Assembly: GCA_047495785.1 (NCBI GenBank)
Contig: JBLDXI010000042.1
Coordinates: forward strand, 2,356,001 to 2,420,000
Source: Lepidodermella squamata
Taxonomy: Eukaryota > Animalia > Gastrotricha
Direction of reading: 5' to 3'
DNA length: 64,000 nt
The position numbers were made by a program, and so were the translations under genes. The first letter of the stretch is position 1. Each line of letters opens with the position of its first letter. The notes under the pieces are model-generated. The model made no database searches, was not told the origin of the DNA, and saw only the letters and a program-made list of their open reading frames with translations. This document shows positions 54,101-64,000 of this stretch, one piece after another.

Positions 54101-57100
54101 ACATGCACGAGTCATAGATTATTAGCCAGAGAAATTTGGAAGCCGGATATACCTGGCGGGCCCGTCTCTTGGGCGTCACGCAAACAGCCGTGTGTCGCTC
54201 GGTCAACTCTGGAATCGGAAGTCATCGCGTTATCCTACCGTAAATACCGAATTACTAGACATCACCTAAATTTAAGGCAGGACCGGAATTGAGGGCAGAG
54301 GTCAGAGGTCAATTGAAATAATATAAGGCAGAACCGAAATATAAGGCACGTGCCTCTTATTCCGAGCACGCCGCCATATTTTATTATGGTGGCTGCTATT
54401 AACACATGTTTTCATCCTCTATTTTTTCATTCGCTCATCAATTATGGTCAAGCGTAGGTTGTCATCGTCGCCAGCCCAAACTCCTAATCTTAAAAAAGTG
54501 AGACGGGCGTGGTCTGTAGAGCACAAAATTGAAGTTCTTACCTATGAACAAACTCACTCACTTTCTGAAACGTGCGCCGAATTTTCGGCTTGAGTGAGCG
54601 TCAGCTGTGCAAATGGAAGAAGCTTAATCTGGCGCACTTGATAGAGCGTAAGTAGTACTTAATCCACCTGTGAGGAATTTAATCCCTTGTTTACACACAG
54701 TCGCTAGCAGCAAAGGAGGTAAAGAACGCAAAAGAGGCGCATGTGCCGAGTGATGACGAAGAAAGTGACGATGAGGTTGAAATTATAACTGGTGATGATG
54801 ATGAATGAATTTCTCGTGCTCGGTAAAAATAAATATAAGGCAGACCCGAAATAAAAGGCAGACCCGTTTTACAAGGCAGGACTTTTGGGGCATTTGAAAT
54901 TATTATAAGGCACTTTCTTATAATTCGGTATTTACGGTATTTCGTTGTCGAGGTAAAATCAGGGTTCCTTGCCGAACTATCCAGCAACGTAATGCTGGTC
55001 AACGACGCGGTGCTTCAAGGCGCATGTACGCTTCAGGCTATTTTCTAGGATAATCGAGTTGGTCTAGGATCAATCGGTGACAGTGAGGTGGCTGTCCACC
55101 AAGGAAATGTTGGCCGAACTCTTTACGAAGCCGAATTAAATTTCGAAACATGCGTGAAGGCCTGTTTTGCATTGATGATCTTGGGCAGGCGAGCAATAGA
55201 AAGCAATAGAAAAAATAGAAGGCAGTGCCTTATAATTCGGTTAAGGCATGTTTTACTTCTACTTTAGGGGAGACACGCATCTACTGAATAAATGTGGTCA
55301 ATTTATTTATGTTGGTCGGATAAAAGTAGGCATGCGTTGGATGACAATATTCCGGCCGAATTGTTCAGATTTTAATAAAATTTTTGAATAATTTCATCGA
55401 TTACGGCCAACTTTTCAGCACGAAAACTTGAAAAATTCGAAACAGTCATCAATTTGTGAGGTCCTATAAATAGTTAATGTGTAATAGAACTCACTTTTCC
55501 TGATCAGCCTTCATACCATCGGTATCCTCATCTCTATTGACCAGGTAATTGTGCTGGACGCGCTTCGAAATCGAATCAGTTAGACCACTGACAGCAAGCG
55601 TGGACCACGGCGAGATGAGCTGCGAGTCGATGATTCGCGCAATCTGATCCGCCATCTTATCAGACACCGATTTAATCACCGTATTCACCGAGTGAATATA
55701 TGACTCCTTCGCCGCCACAAGCGCGTTGAAGAACTTGGTCAGAAACCCAGCTACATCCTTGTTATTCGGCGATTTTCCATACTCGGCAATTTTGTTTTTG
55801 AGCTCGGATATAGCATAACTGCTGGAGTCTTGCATGTTCTCATCGATAACTCGAACAATACTAGCGACGTCGATTTTCGCCAAGCTCAATTCAGCAGCAA
55901 TATCTCTGGCTTTGTCTCTATCCAAATTCAGGTGAGTTTCGAGGAGCAAATTCGTAGTCAGCATATCTTCGTCCGACTGGGTGAGTCTTTTCAACAACTC
56001 CGAGTAGACATCGTCCAAAATTGCGCCCAGCTGGTACAAACCGTGCAGCGTGCCACCGATTCGAATCGCCATACTGATAGCACTGCCGTAATTTTCGCTA
56101 GTTGCTAGGACACCCTTGATCAAAGGTTGGCCAATCGAGTCCCAGTTTTTGCGCAGGGAGCTTCGCTCGGGGCTTATTGCAGCCATAACAATCCTGTTGA
56201 CTTTGTCTTGCATCGATTTCTTTCTGCAATAAAATTTGATTGAAGGCTGGTGATAGCTGAAATAATTGCGAGCCCTAAACGATTTTTTGTTATTTTATAC
56301 ATGCGAAACGCTAAATTTTCGGGAATTTGTCCTCCCCATTTTTCCGTCAATCATGCAAAATTGACGGAAAATTCAAAATAATAAAAAGACGACGCGTTTT
56401 GCATTAGGATATATTGTTAAAGTTATTTGATTAAAAAGCTTTAAATTACCCAGATATCGTGTCCAATGCGACCATTTTTCGAAGCAGTGAACTGAGTTCC
56501 ATAGTGCAGAACTTCGACCGAACCCGTTGTTCGATATCCGTGCATATATGAGGTTTCACCGAATCCATGGAGATATTGACTAAAAACTGCACGCCCGAGT
56601 TCAAGCCCTCGCGAGCAACAGCTTCGCCAGCCTTCACCCCAACGAATTTCACAGCCAAACTCTTGAGGTTCTTGCCAGTTTTCAACACCTCCTTGCCAAT
56701 AGTTTTGCCATGCGATATGGCCTGGGTTCCGCCGGCTTCAAGCCCTTCTTTTAGTGCAGATTGGGCCAATGTTGCCGATTCTCCAGAAACAGCATTCGAA
56801 ACACCCTTGCCAGCGTCTTTCAATTTTCCGAATCCCATCGACACGATCGAAATAGTGACACTGACGGCCTTTTGGGTGGCCCAGTCTGACCAGCTGAACT
56901 GACGGCTGCTGTAGGACCGGTAAGCGTATAGCATATCCGAAATTCCCTCAGAAATCAAACTCATGCCAACTGTCGCCCCGAAACCAGTTGTAATCAAGGC
57001 GGCCCCAATAAGCAGCTGGAAAGTCGCGATTCCGACCAAGCAGCAGATACTGCGCCAGGGTATGAAAGCGTTTTCGCTGATTTCCAACAGGTACTCAATG

Positions 57101-60100
57101 CCCTTAGCGGCGAACTCGGCCAGTTCAATGTGCGGCAATTGGCTCTTCATGAAAAGTTCCGTCAAAGATCGAACCTTATTGATTTTGATAGCTTCCTGGC
57201 CCAAATCGGCATTTTTGATTAGGCTAATCGCTTGTTTTTTCGAAAGATCGGAGAAGGTCAGGCGAAATTCGAGATTTTCCTTGCGTAGAGCGCTGATTAG
57301 AATTTTTGCGTTCGCGCAGCTCAAGCACTCGAATTCGAACAATTGGGCGGTCTTTTTCAGTTCTTTGCGATCGGAAAGAAGGTTCCACAGTTGAGGGAAC
57401 GGAATGCCAGAGAAGACAACGTTGAAGAGAGAAGTGTCAGGGAACAGCTCCAACAAGGTGGTTATTTTGTCAGCTGGGACCTTCACCTAAAAATATAAAT
57501 AAATTCATTAGCATTATAATTAATATATGTATAACGTTTCTAATAAGCTAAGAAAATTTCCGACCGTGAACCACACTGATCACTTCCATCTGCGTTATTA
57601 TTTCCACAAACATTGACCCCATCCTCTCAGCTCAAGCCGATCCGCGTCGTCCGCGTCGGTTTTATCGATCATCCCACTGAGCATATTTTTGCTGACATCA
57701 AAACGAAGAAAGGAATTGTGCGAGTTTTCTCAATCAATGGGCCTCAAGACCATCCCAATTCGAAGATATGCAGCGCGCGAAAAACAGCTTCTGACTTCCG
57801 TTACCAACATCCTGCGGGATGAGCGCTCGAAATCCGAAGGGCAAGATCGTTTTAAGTTCGAAAGACCTTGAAGAACTGCGCCTCGCAGATCAGAGGCTTG
57901 CTGCTGCCGAAAACTACGATGCAAGTTCTAGCGCATCTGCTATCAAAATAGCCCCATTACCCTACCCTCCCTTCGGCAATATCTATCTGGGTATATCCCC
58001 CAGACCAGCCTCATGAACTTGCCTCACCTTAGCATCATCCACCGTACCTGGTCCATCTCGGATCACTTGGGACAATCTAAGTGGTCAACACTGTCGTTGA
58101 GCTCACCAGGTTGCCACGTTTTCAAAGGCTATAAATACACAGTCTCCAGAGCGATGGCGAAGTCAGAAACTCCCGATTTCTTATATCACCCGATTTATAC
58201 GTCATTTTCAAAATCCGACGTTTCTGGTCGTCGGATTTACGGTCTTCTCGTTGGCTACTACCGCGATTTCTGGGTTTGGTTACCCGTTAGGCTACATCTT
58301 TTTCCGTACAACGCAACAATCTTTAACATATAATTTCCACTACGTGGTCGAATATTGGGCCATACAACACGGGCACGGCCGGTCGAATCGGCCTGATTAT
58401 GACGGTAATCAGATAAGTGAGAACGAGCCGCAAAGATAATTGGACAATTTTGGGATGATTGACGATCGTCTGTTTCGATCATTGAAGAAAAGGGAGGCCG
58501 CAAAACGATGCGGCAAGCGATGCGCGAAAATGTTCTCATTTGTAAAGAAGCGCCTTCGTCTGAGTCAATTGTCACGAGACTTGGCCGAATTTCGTATGTT
58601 GACCAGTCTTTTGATGAGCGAGCTCTGGACCTTCGTAAATCGACCGCAATTTCGCGCACAACGTCACGCTCATCTGCTCCACAGAAAAACTCGCTTAAGC
58701 CTCACGAGTGACAGAAGTATAGAAGTCGGCATTGGATTTCAAGACTGATATGACTTCAATGACGTTATTCTGCATCATTCCAAATGCTATTACGCCGTGA
58801 AGTATTACGTCACAATACTTCACACTATGTGAAATATGTATCATGATTGCAGCTTATTCCGCTTTTTGCTTATTTTGCTGAAATTTGAGCTTCAGAAATG
58901 ATTTCTTGTTCAAAGCTCACGTGAAAAGTATCGGTAGTTACGATATGTGGCGAAGCCACCTGTTGAGTAAATGTTTGAATTTGGCGGCCGACCTTGACCG
59001 AACCTGATGAATACTTGGAGGAAGTTAACGTGACAAAAGGATTGGTCGAATCCTTGCATATAAACCTTCTGTAAATATGTAGCCGGGATTCGAGAAATAA
59101 ACTAGAGAGTAATATTGACTTGTGTTGTTGTTGCCAGTAGAGACATAGTGCCTTGGTCTTCTCCGCCACACGATACAGGGTGTTTCAGAACTCGCGCACT
59201 ATATGAATAGCATGCGGCAAATGCGCGCGCATTGTTATGCGCATACACTATTATACGCGTATACTATTTTACCTATAAATGTACCACACACTACTGTAGT
59301 CAGCGTATAAAATATGCGTAATACATAAATGTACAGCATACATAATAGCACTGCCGTAGTTATTTTCTGGTGGAAACCTTCGAGCCTCGATAAATTTGAG
59401 CCGAGTTTCATTGAATATCTTTTTTATTTCGAGGATGATGTCATGTTTTTCTGAAACATGCTGATTGATTGGACTCTGAAGCGAGAGGTTTCAAAACAAT
59501 TTCTCAAATTCCGTGGCTGGATATTTCAGAAATTGATGATTTCTGAGAAAATTCTGATTTTACTTGATGTTGAATTTGTCGAAAAATCGTTGGTTAATTA
59601 GTCTCCTGCCTTGGCATCAAAATTTCTTTCACGTTGCATTAATTCAAGGCCCCGACTGCACATGTTGATAAAAAATGACGTTGATCTAAACCACTGGCGA
59701 ATGTTATACATCAAGCGAAGACAGAAAATGAAGGTTTGCAGTTCATTACGTGGACTTAATGTAGCAATCTGATTTCGAGGATAACTAATCGAAATTTCCT
59801 CGAAATTGCTATCAAGAAATCAGGAGCAAAATGTTGAAGGATAAAAAGCGAACAATTCATGGCTAGATTTTATACAATCTTCGAAAAACCCAAGAAAAGG
59901 TGAGAAATCGGCATTTTCCAGCCTTCAGGCTGCCGCATCTCCAAAAATCCGTGGATGCGAATTACATATTTTCACATCACTAAACAGCCAGAGGTGAGCT
60001 CTACAAGGCTAGTTGGTCGCGCCGAAAGTCTATCCACGGACATCGCAAGGAGACGCATGTCAAACGACGCGTAAACCGTCGTAGAGAGGCCGTTTTTCGC

Positions 60101-63100
60101 TACAACCGGGTCAACTTTACCACCCTCCCTCTTGAATACCCGTGGATGGATTTTTGATTTCTTGACATCGTTGGATAGCCCAAGATGAGCTCTACAAGGC
60201 TGGTTGGTCGCGCCGAAAGTCAATCCACGGACATCGCAAGGAGACGCATGTCAAACGACGCGAAAACCGTCGTAGAGAGGCCGTTTTTCGCTACAACCGG
60301 GTCAACTTTACAACCCTCCTTCTTGAATACCCGTGGATGGATATTTGATTTCTTGACATCGTTGGATAGCCCAAGATGAGCTCTACAAGGCTGGTTGGTC
60401 GCGCCGAAAGTCAATCCACGGACATCGCAAGGAGACGCATGTCAAACGACGCGAAAACCGTCGAAGAGAGGCCGTTTTTCGCCCGCAAACGGGTCATCTT
60501 CGGGACCCTCCCGTGGATGGATTTTCGATTTCTTGACATCGTTAGAAAGCCCAAGACCTGGTTTACCAGGCTGGTTTGTCGCGCCGAAAGTCTATCCACA
60601 GGGTTCGTAAGGAATCGCATGTCAAATGTCACAAAAATCGTCGTAGTTGGGCCGTTTAAGGTAACGTCAATGTTTTTGCGTCCATTCTTATGCAAGTGGT
60701 AAACGACATTTTCCCGTGGAAGCGACTGAGCTTTTGCTTTCAAATTTTAGCTCACAGAAATTTTTAACTTAATCAGAGTGTTGCAACATTACCTTTACTC
60801 ACGACTTTTTTCACTTCCTCTCAATTTTTACTGCTCTTTTCAAGAGTGAATGAACGTGAAATCAAATTCATGGAATAAAACAACAGCAACGGCGTAAAAA
60901 TCACATTGTCTGGAATAATTTTCATCATATTTGTATTGCAAACTCGAAATTTATTCATAGCCGCATTAAGAACATGTCCTGTTGGAGGTTTCTTCATTGA
61001 GAAATCGGCAAATTTCCAGATATTTTGCAAGAACAAGTCTTATTTCCTAGCGATATCCCCATTACTGCAGCAGCGTAACGGTATATACGAGTTCGATTTG
61101 CGCATGTTATAATGCGCGCATACCGCTTGCACGCCATATGGGACGTGTAACGCCAACTACATAGCATATACGCATTACACGCATTACCGTTTGCGCTAGC
61201 CGCGCCTTATACTATGCAAAAATATAAACATATGTGCGCGGAATGTATGCGCCGCGCGCGCACGTTTACTCTGGATACCAAGGCAACCATTTGCCGCAGG
61301 TTATTTTAGTGCGCAAGTTCTGAAACACCCTGTATATGGTTTCGAAATGGTGTGCCGAAATACTGTTCCTACAAATCTTGCAGTGATTCCGTCTAGTGCT
61401 ACTGGAAAATTTCGAAAGTCAAGGTTCTTTTTGGTTTAATTTGGGCACTTCAAGTGTTAAATCAATGACATGTTTACATTTTTACAAAAAAGTCATTAGA
61501 CGGTGGCAAAATTAAGGAACACGCTATGAAACCAAAATAATTCGAATTCGTATATTCTTAAAATCAGGAAAAATTAAGTTTACTGCTAATAAAGCTAGTG
61601 GATGTCTTACTCTGATTGCGATTGATTTCTCATCATTTTCCAGTTCGCCAATTCGTTTCGAAAGTGCAGCTTCATTGACATGAGCGTACTTCTTCCGCTC
61701 AGTAACGCAGACGCTGACCTCCTTGGTGATTTCGAACAAATCGCCGAACTTTGAATTGTCGTCCTCGGGCTCTTCAGACGGCTCGCCAGCCTCGTCACTA
61801 AAGAATAAGGATTGCTTTTTCTTCTTGCGATCAACTTTGCGCGATTTCTCGGCAGGCTGAACAGCCGGGTGGTCCTCCGGGTAGAAGAATTCACTTTTCT
61901 TGACAATCAAATCCACCTCAGCTTCAGCAGAGCTGAGAATTTTTGCCACATTAGCGATACATTCGCGATTCAAACCGTCGAGACCAATGGCGAACTTCGT
62001 CGAATGTTTCTTCTCATGTAACTTAGCCTGATCATTGGTATTGTTGGCTTTTTTGATGACGAAACTGTATCTCAACGCTTTGCTGACGTCATCTGGTTGC
62101 AAATTGTTTTCTTCGACGATTTCAATGGCAGCATTTATCTGAATGCCGCGCTTCTTCTCGATCTTACCATCCGGATGAATGGTTTTGAAGTCGACGTCGT
62201 AAGAATCAGTCAAATCAAACGCATTGCAGTAGGTTCGTTCTTTCTTCAGCACAGCTATTGCTGTATCGGGGCTCATTTCGTCTTCGTATTCCTTGTCTTT
62301 GCAGAACAGAGCTCGAAGTCGCGTCAAATCAATTTGATTCAAAGTCAAGCCAACACCCTCGTAGACGTTGCTTTTCATAAATTTCGGCTTGAATTTACTC
62401 AGCACGCCAGCTTCAGACTTCTCAAACGCAGCGACTGTATTCGAACCCTGGTCCTGGTCACCGGAATCTTTCAACAGGGTCAAATTGTTGAATACCAACT
62501 TGTAAGACACTTCGTCGTTGTCTTTGGCTTTGTCCCAATCAAACGTATTATTCGCTTGATACGCCCGATCGTAGTCTTCAAAATTTTCGGTAAAGCCATC
62601 CTTTTCATCAGTCACAACCACATCGACTAGCCGAAGCGATCGTTTGATAACTTGCACACATTGCTGGATGCTGTTCAAATACGACCCGAGAATTGTTGCC
62701 TTGACAGTCAGTTGTTTGTCCAAATCGCTGTGCGAGAAGGTACTCGACTGATCAGCTTTCGATAGAAGACCTTGAACCGACGTCAAAGAGGCGTATTCGC
62801 TTGAAATCACGTCAATTGCCTTGTTGAAAGAGGCCATCAGCTCATGCTTCGATTGGCTGGTTTTCGGCGAGTCTGCCAAGATCGAACTCCAGGCAATTCC
62901 GACATGAGCAGCTCCACAAAATTCAGACGCGATCGCCTTTTCGAAATGTTCTCGAGCCGTCGTGCCATCTGACTCGTTTTTCAAATAATCGTTACCGATG
63001 ACGACGTGGTAGAACAAATTTTTGACGACTCTATGCTCTTTGTAAGCTTCGCGCAACGAATCAAGCAATGCCTTGCATTCCGCCTCGGCTTTGTCTATCG

Positions 63101-63796
63101 GAATTTCTCTATCGTTGACCTTCTGTAAGAACATGGCCCACTGTTCTTCAATCGCGTTCAACACATTCGTTTCGTAAACCGTAGGCGTGAACTTCGTGAA
63201 GAGTTCTTTCAGCTCTTTGAATTCCCTCTTGAAAAACGACGTAATTTTCGACTTCCAGGAGCCCTGGTTCGTGTAAACTCGAACACGTAAATCGCAACGA
63301 ATTTCTTCGTTGAGAAATTTGCAGAATTCGGCGAAAAGTTTGTCCTTTTCCAAGATCAGTTTCAACTCATCGCCCTGGAACTGGATCAATTGCTGCGATT
63401 CGATCTCATCGCGTTGACTCTTCACCCGGCTCGGGTCGACGTTTTCGTAGTTGACCCCTAAAGCGGTCACGTTGAGAATCATCTGGCCAGTACCGAGTTT
63501 GCCCTGCCGAGCGGTTCGACCAAATGCCTGATCTTCGACACGTTGGTTCTGCGGCATGAAGGTGACGAGCACGTGAAGACCGCCCGATTTTTCAATGGCG
63601 TCCGTGTGGATATCGGTGCCACGTCCGGCTAAATTCGTTGCGATGATTATATCGCCGGGCTGGACTCGCTCGATTTGCCTCTCCTGGTCCATATTGTTCA
63701 TGGTGTAGAGTTTGATGGCGCTCGGGCGGTAACAGGCGCGCAATCGATCGTTCAAGACATTCGCTTGCTCGATTGTCTCGCAAATGATCAATACAC
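42123..63796 (-). CDS. Giant SecA-helicase-motif protein, 3' portion (5' end beyond window)
   Basis: Exons 63796-61611, 57486-56450, 56223-55495, 51359-50504, 43160-42123; all junctions GT-AG and phase-compatible (0,2,2,0), ~1950 aa. SecA-type motifs GVLIICETI, IIATNLAGRGTDI, GGLHV, RVEDQAFGRTARQG in the first exon. Further exons within the long introns cannot be excluded. Confidence 0.8.
42859..43086 (-). repeat. Coding 36-nt tandem repeat, ~6.3 copies (GSGPNN[T/P]ANENG)
   Basis: Unit ggaccgctgcctccgttttcgttagcagtgttattg on the + strand, in frame in the last exon. Confidence 0.95.
43403..44488. mobile_element. Non-autonomous Tc1/mariner element
   Basis: TA|CAGGGTGTTCAAGAAATAATAGCCAGGCTAT... 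and its inverse ending CACCCTG|TA; ~60-bp TIRs. Confidence 0.88.
45062..45582. repeat. 199-bp tandem repeat, ~2.6 copies
   Basis: cgtaaatcgtttatatctgaactcgccg recurs at 45062, 45261 and 45460; related degenerate sequence at 44988 and 46646. Confidence 0.9.
45591..45728. repeat. Long imperfect palindrome, probably the end of a non-autonomous element
   Basis: atatacggaagac..tatatgggtttataatcgcc..ggcttatatttcg / cgaaatataagcc..ggcgattttaaacccatata..gcttccgtatat around a central cctgaggcgcagccgaagg. Confidence 0.7.
46893..47902. mobile_element. Non-autonomous piggyBac-like element
   Basis: TTAA|CCCTCTAATGCCG ... CGGCATTAGAGGG|TTAA; internal repeated tgtatactca/gagtaaactca motifs. Confidence 0.88.
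49074..49181. repeat. ~32-bp minisatellite with palindromic unit, ~3.5 copies
   Basis: ctattcgtacata(g/gg/ac)tatgtacgcgaaaattg repeated. Confidence 0.85.
51525..51794. mobile_element. hAT-type MITE (270 bp)
   Basis: TIR CAGAGGCGTAG/CTACGCCTCTG; 8-bp TSD gttactgc/gctactgc; subterminal G/C runs. Confidence 0.8.
51900..53520 (+). mobile_element. Degenerate LINE (APE endonuclease plus RT N-terminus) remnant
   Basis: GSDHLPV endonuclease end (~52096-52116); KAP...LLKK...PSKWKIAVITLIPKP..GHRPISLLP RT domain 0/1 (53219-53500); stops and frameshifts. Confidence 0.75.
54150..55135 (+). mobile_element. Ty1/copia RNase H remnant, split by a pogo insertion
   Basis: GGPVSWASRKQPCVARSTLESEVIALS before the insertion and STKEMLAELFTKP after it. 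Confidence 0.75.
54238..54937 (+). mobile_element. Internally deleted pogo/Tigger-like DNA transposon
   Basis: TA|CCGTAAATACCGAATTA ... TAATTCGGTATTTACGG|TA; subterminal ataaggca repeats; remnant N-terminal HTH (RRAWSVEHKIEVL..AEF) and acidic C-terminus. Confidence 0.85.
59176..61332. mobile_element. Non-autonomous Tc1/mariner element carrying an internal satellite
   Basis: TA|CAGGGTGTTTCAGAACTCGCGCACTA ... TAGTGCGCAAGTTCTGAAACACCCTG|TA. Confidence 0.85.
59996..60660. repeat. 191-bp tandem repeat, ~3.5 copies
   Basis: gagctctacaaggct at 59996, 60187 and 60378, plus a diverged 4th copy near 60560. Confidence 0.92.
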
Positions 63797-64000
63797 CTGG
63801 AAAAGACGAAACGTGAATAAATATTGGAAAAGAGGGTGCAAAGCACAAGCCCTGAATATAGGGTCCCAGCATTAAACTACGCCAAAATAAGGCTTTTTGA
63901 GTTTTACTTTTCACGTATAGGAGATAAATGAAGTCAAAGTGACGGCCCTCGTTCGAAGAAGCGTGAAGAAATGTCGCCATCATATTCTTTATGAGCGATG

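Noticed and set aside
57613-58748. Cluster of short + strand ORFs as a nested gene
   Set aside because: Fragmented frames with no recognisable motif or consistent splice model; probably a decayed element.
59972-60743. Repeated ORFs MTFGATNQP / MSSTRLVG
   Set aside because: Frames shift between 191-bp units (not a multiple of 3); non-coding satellite inside a MITE.
61524-63983. Bacterial secA gene or bacterial contamination
   Set aside because: The ORF is an exon bounded by splice sites (63796-61611) and phase-linked to downstream exons across eukaryotic TE-filled introns; the sequence after motif VI is not SecA-like. The ORF's first ~60 aa appear to be intron read-through.

Overview
Eukaryotic genomic DNA from an invertebrate animal with a compact genome: GT-AG introns mostly ~50-60 nt, and no prokaryotic features. 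The left part (1-36 kb) is gene-dense. It holds agrin (+), a tandem family of four ~40-aa single-pass membrane microprotein genes that the ORF track misses (three coding exons each, identical 46-nt middle exon), three tandem trypsin-family proteases (-), a tightly packed TSR3-SGPL1-HSPBAP1 trio (-), and CASK/LIN-2 (+). The right part (37-64 kb) is repeat-rich. It holds a 7SL/SRP RNA gene with an atypical UAAC helix-8 loop, an intronless orphan ORF, and the 3' part (five phase-compatible exons, ~1950 aa in window) of a giant SecA-helicase-motif protein. That gene's TE-filled introns hold mariner/pogo, piggyBac, hAT, LINE and copia remnants, and its C-terminal domain is duplicated as a diverged orphan cassette, an arrangement reminiscent of polymorphic toxin loci. 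All exon models were read by eye from splice signals and frame; no database search was run.
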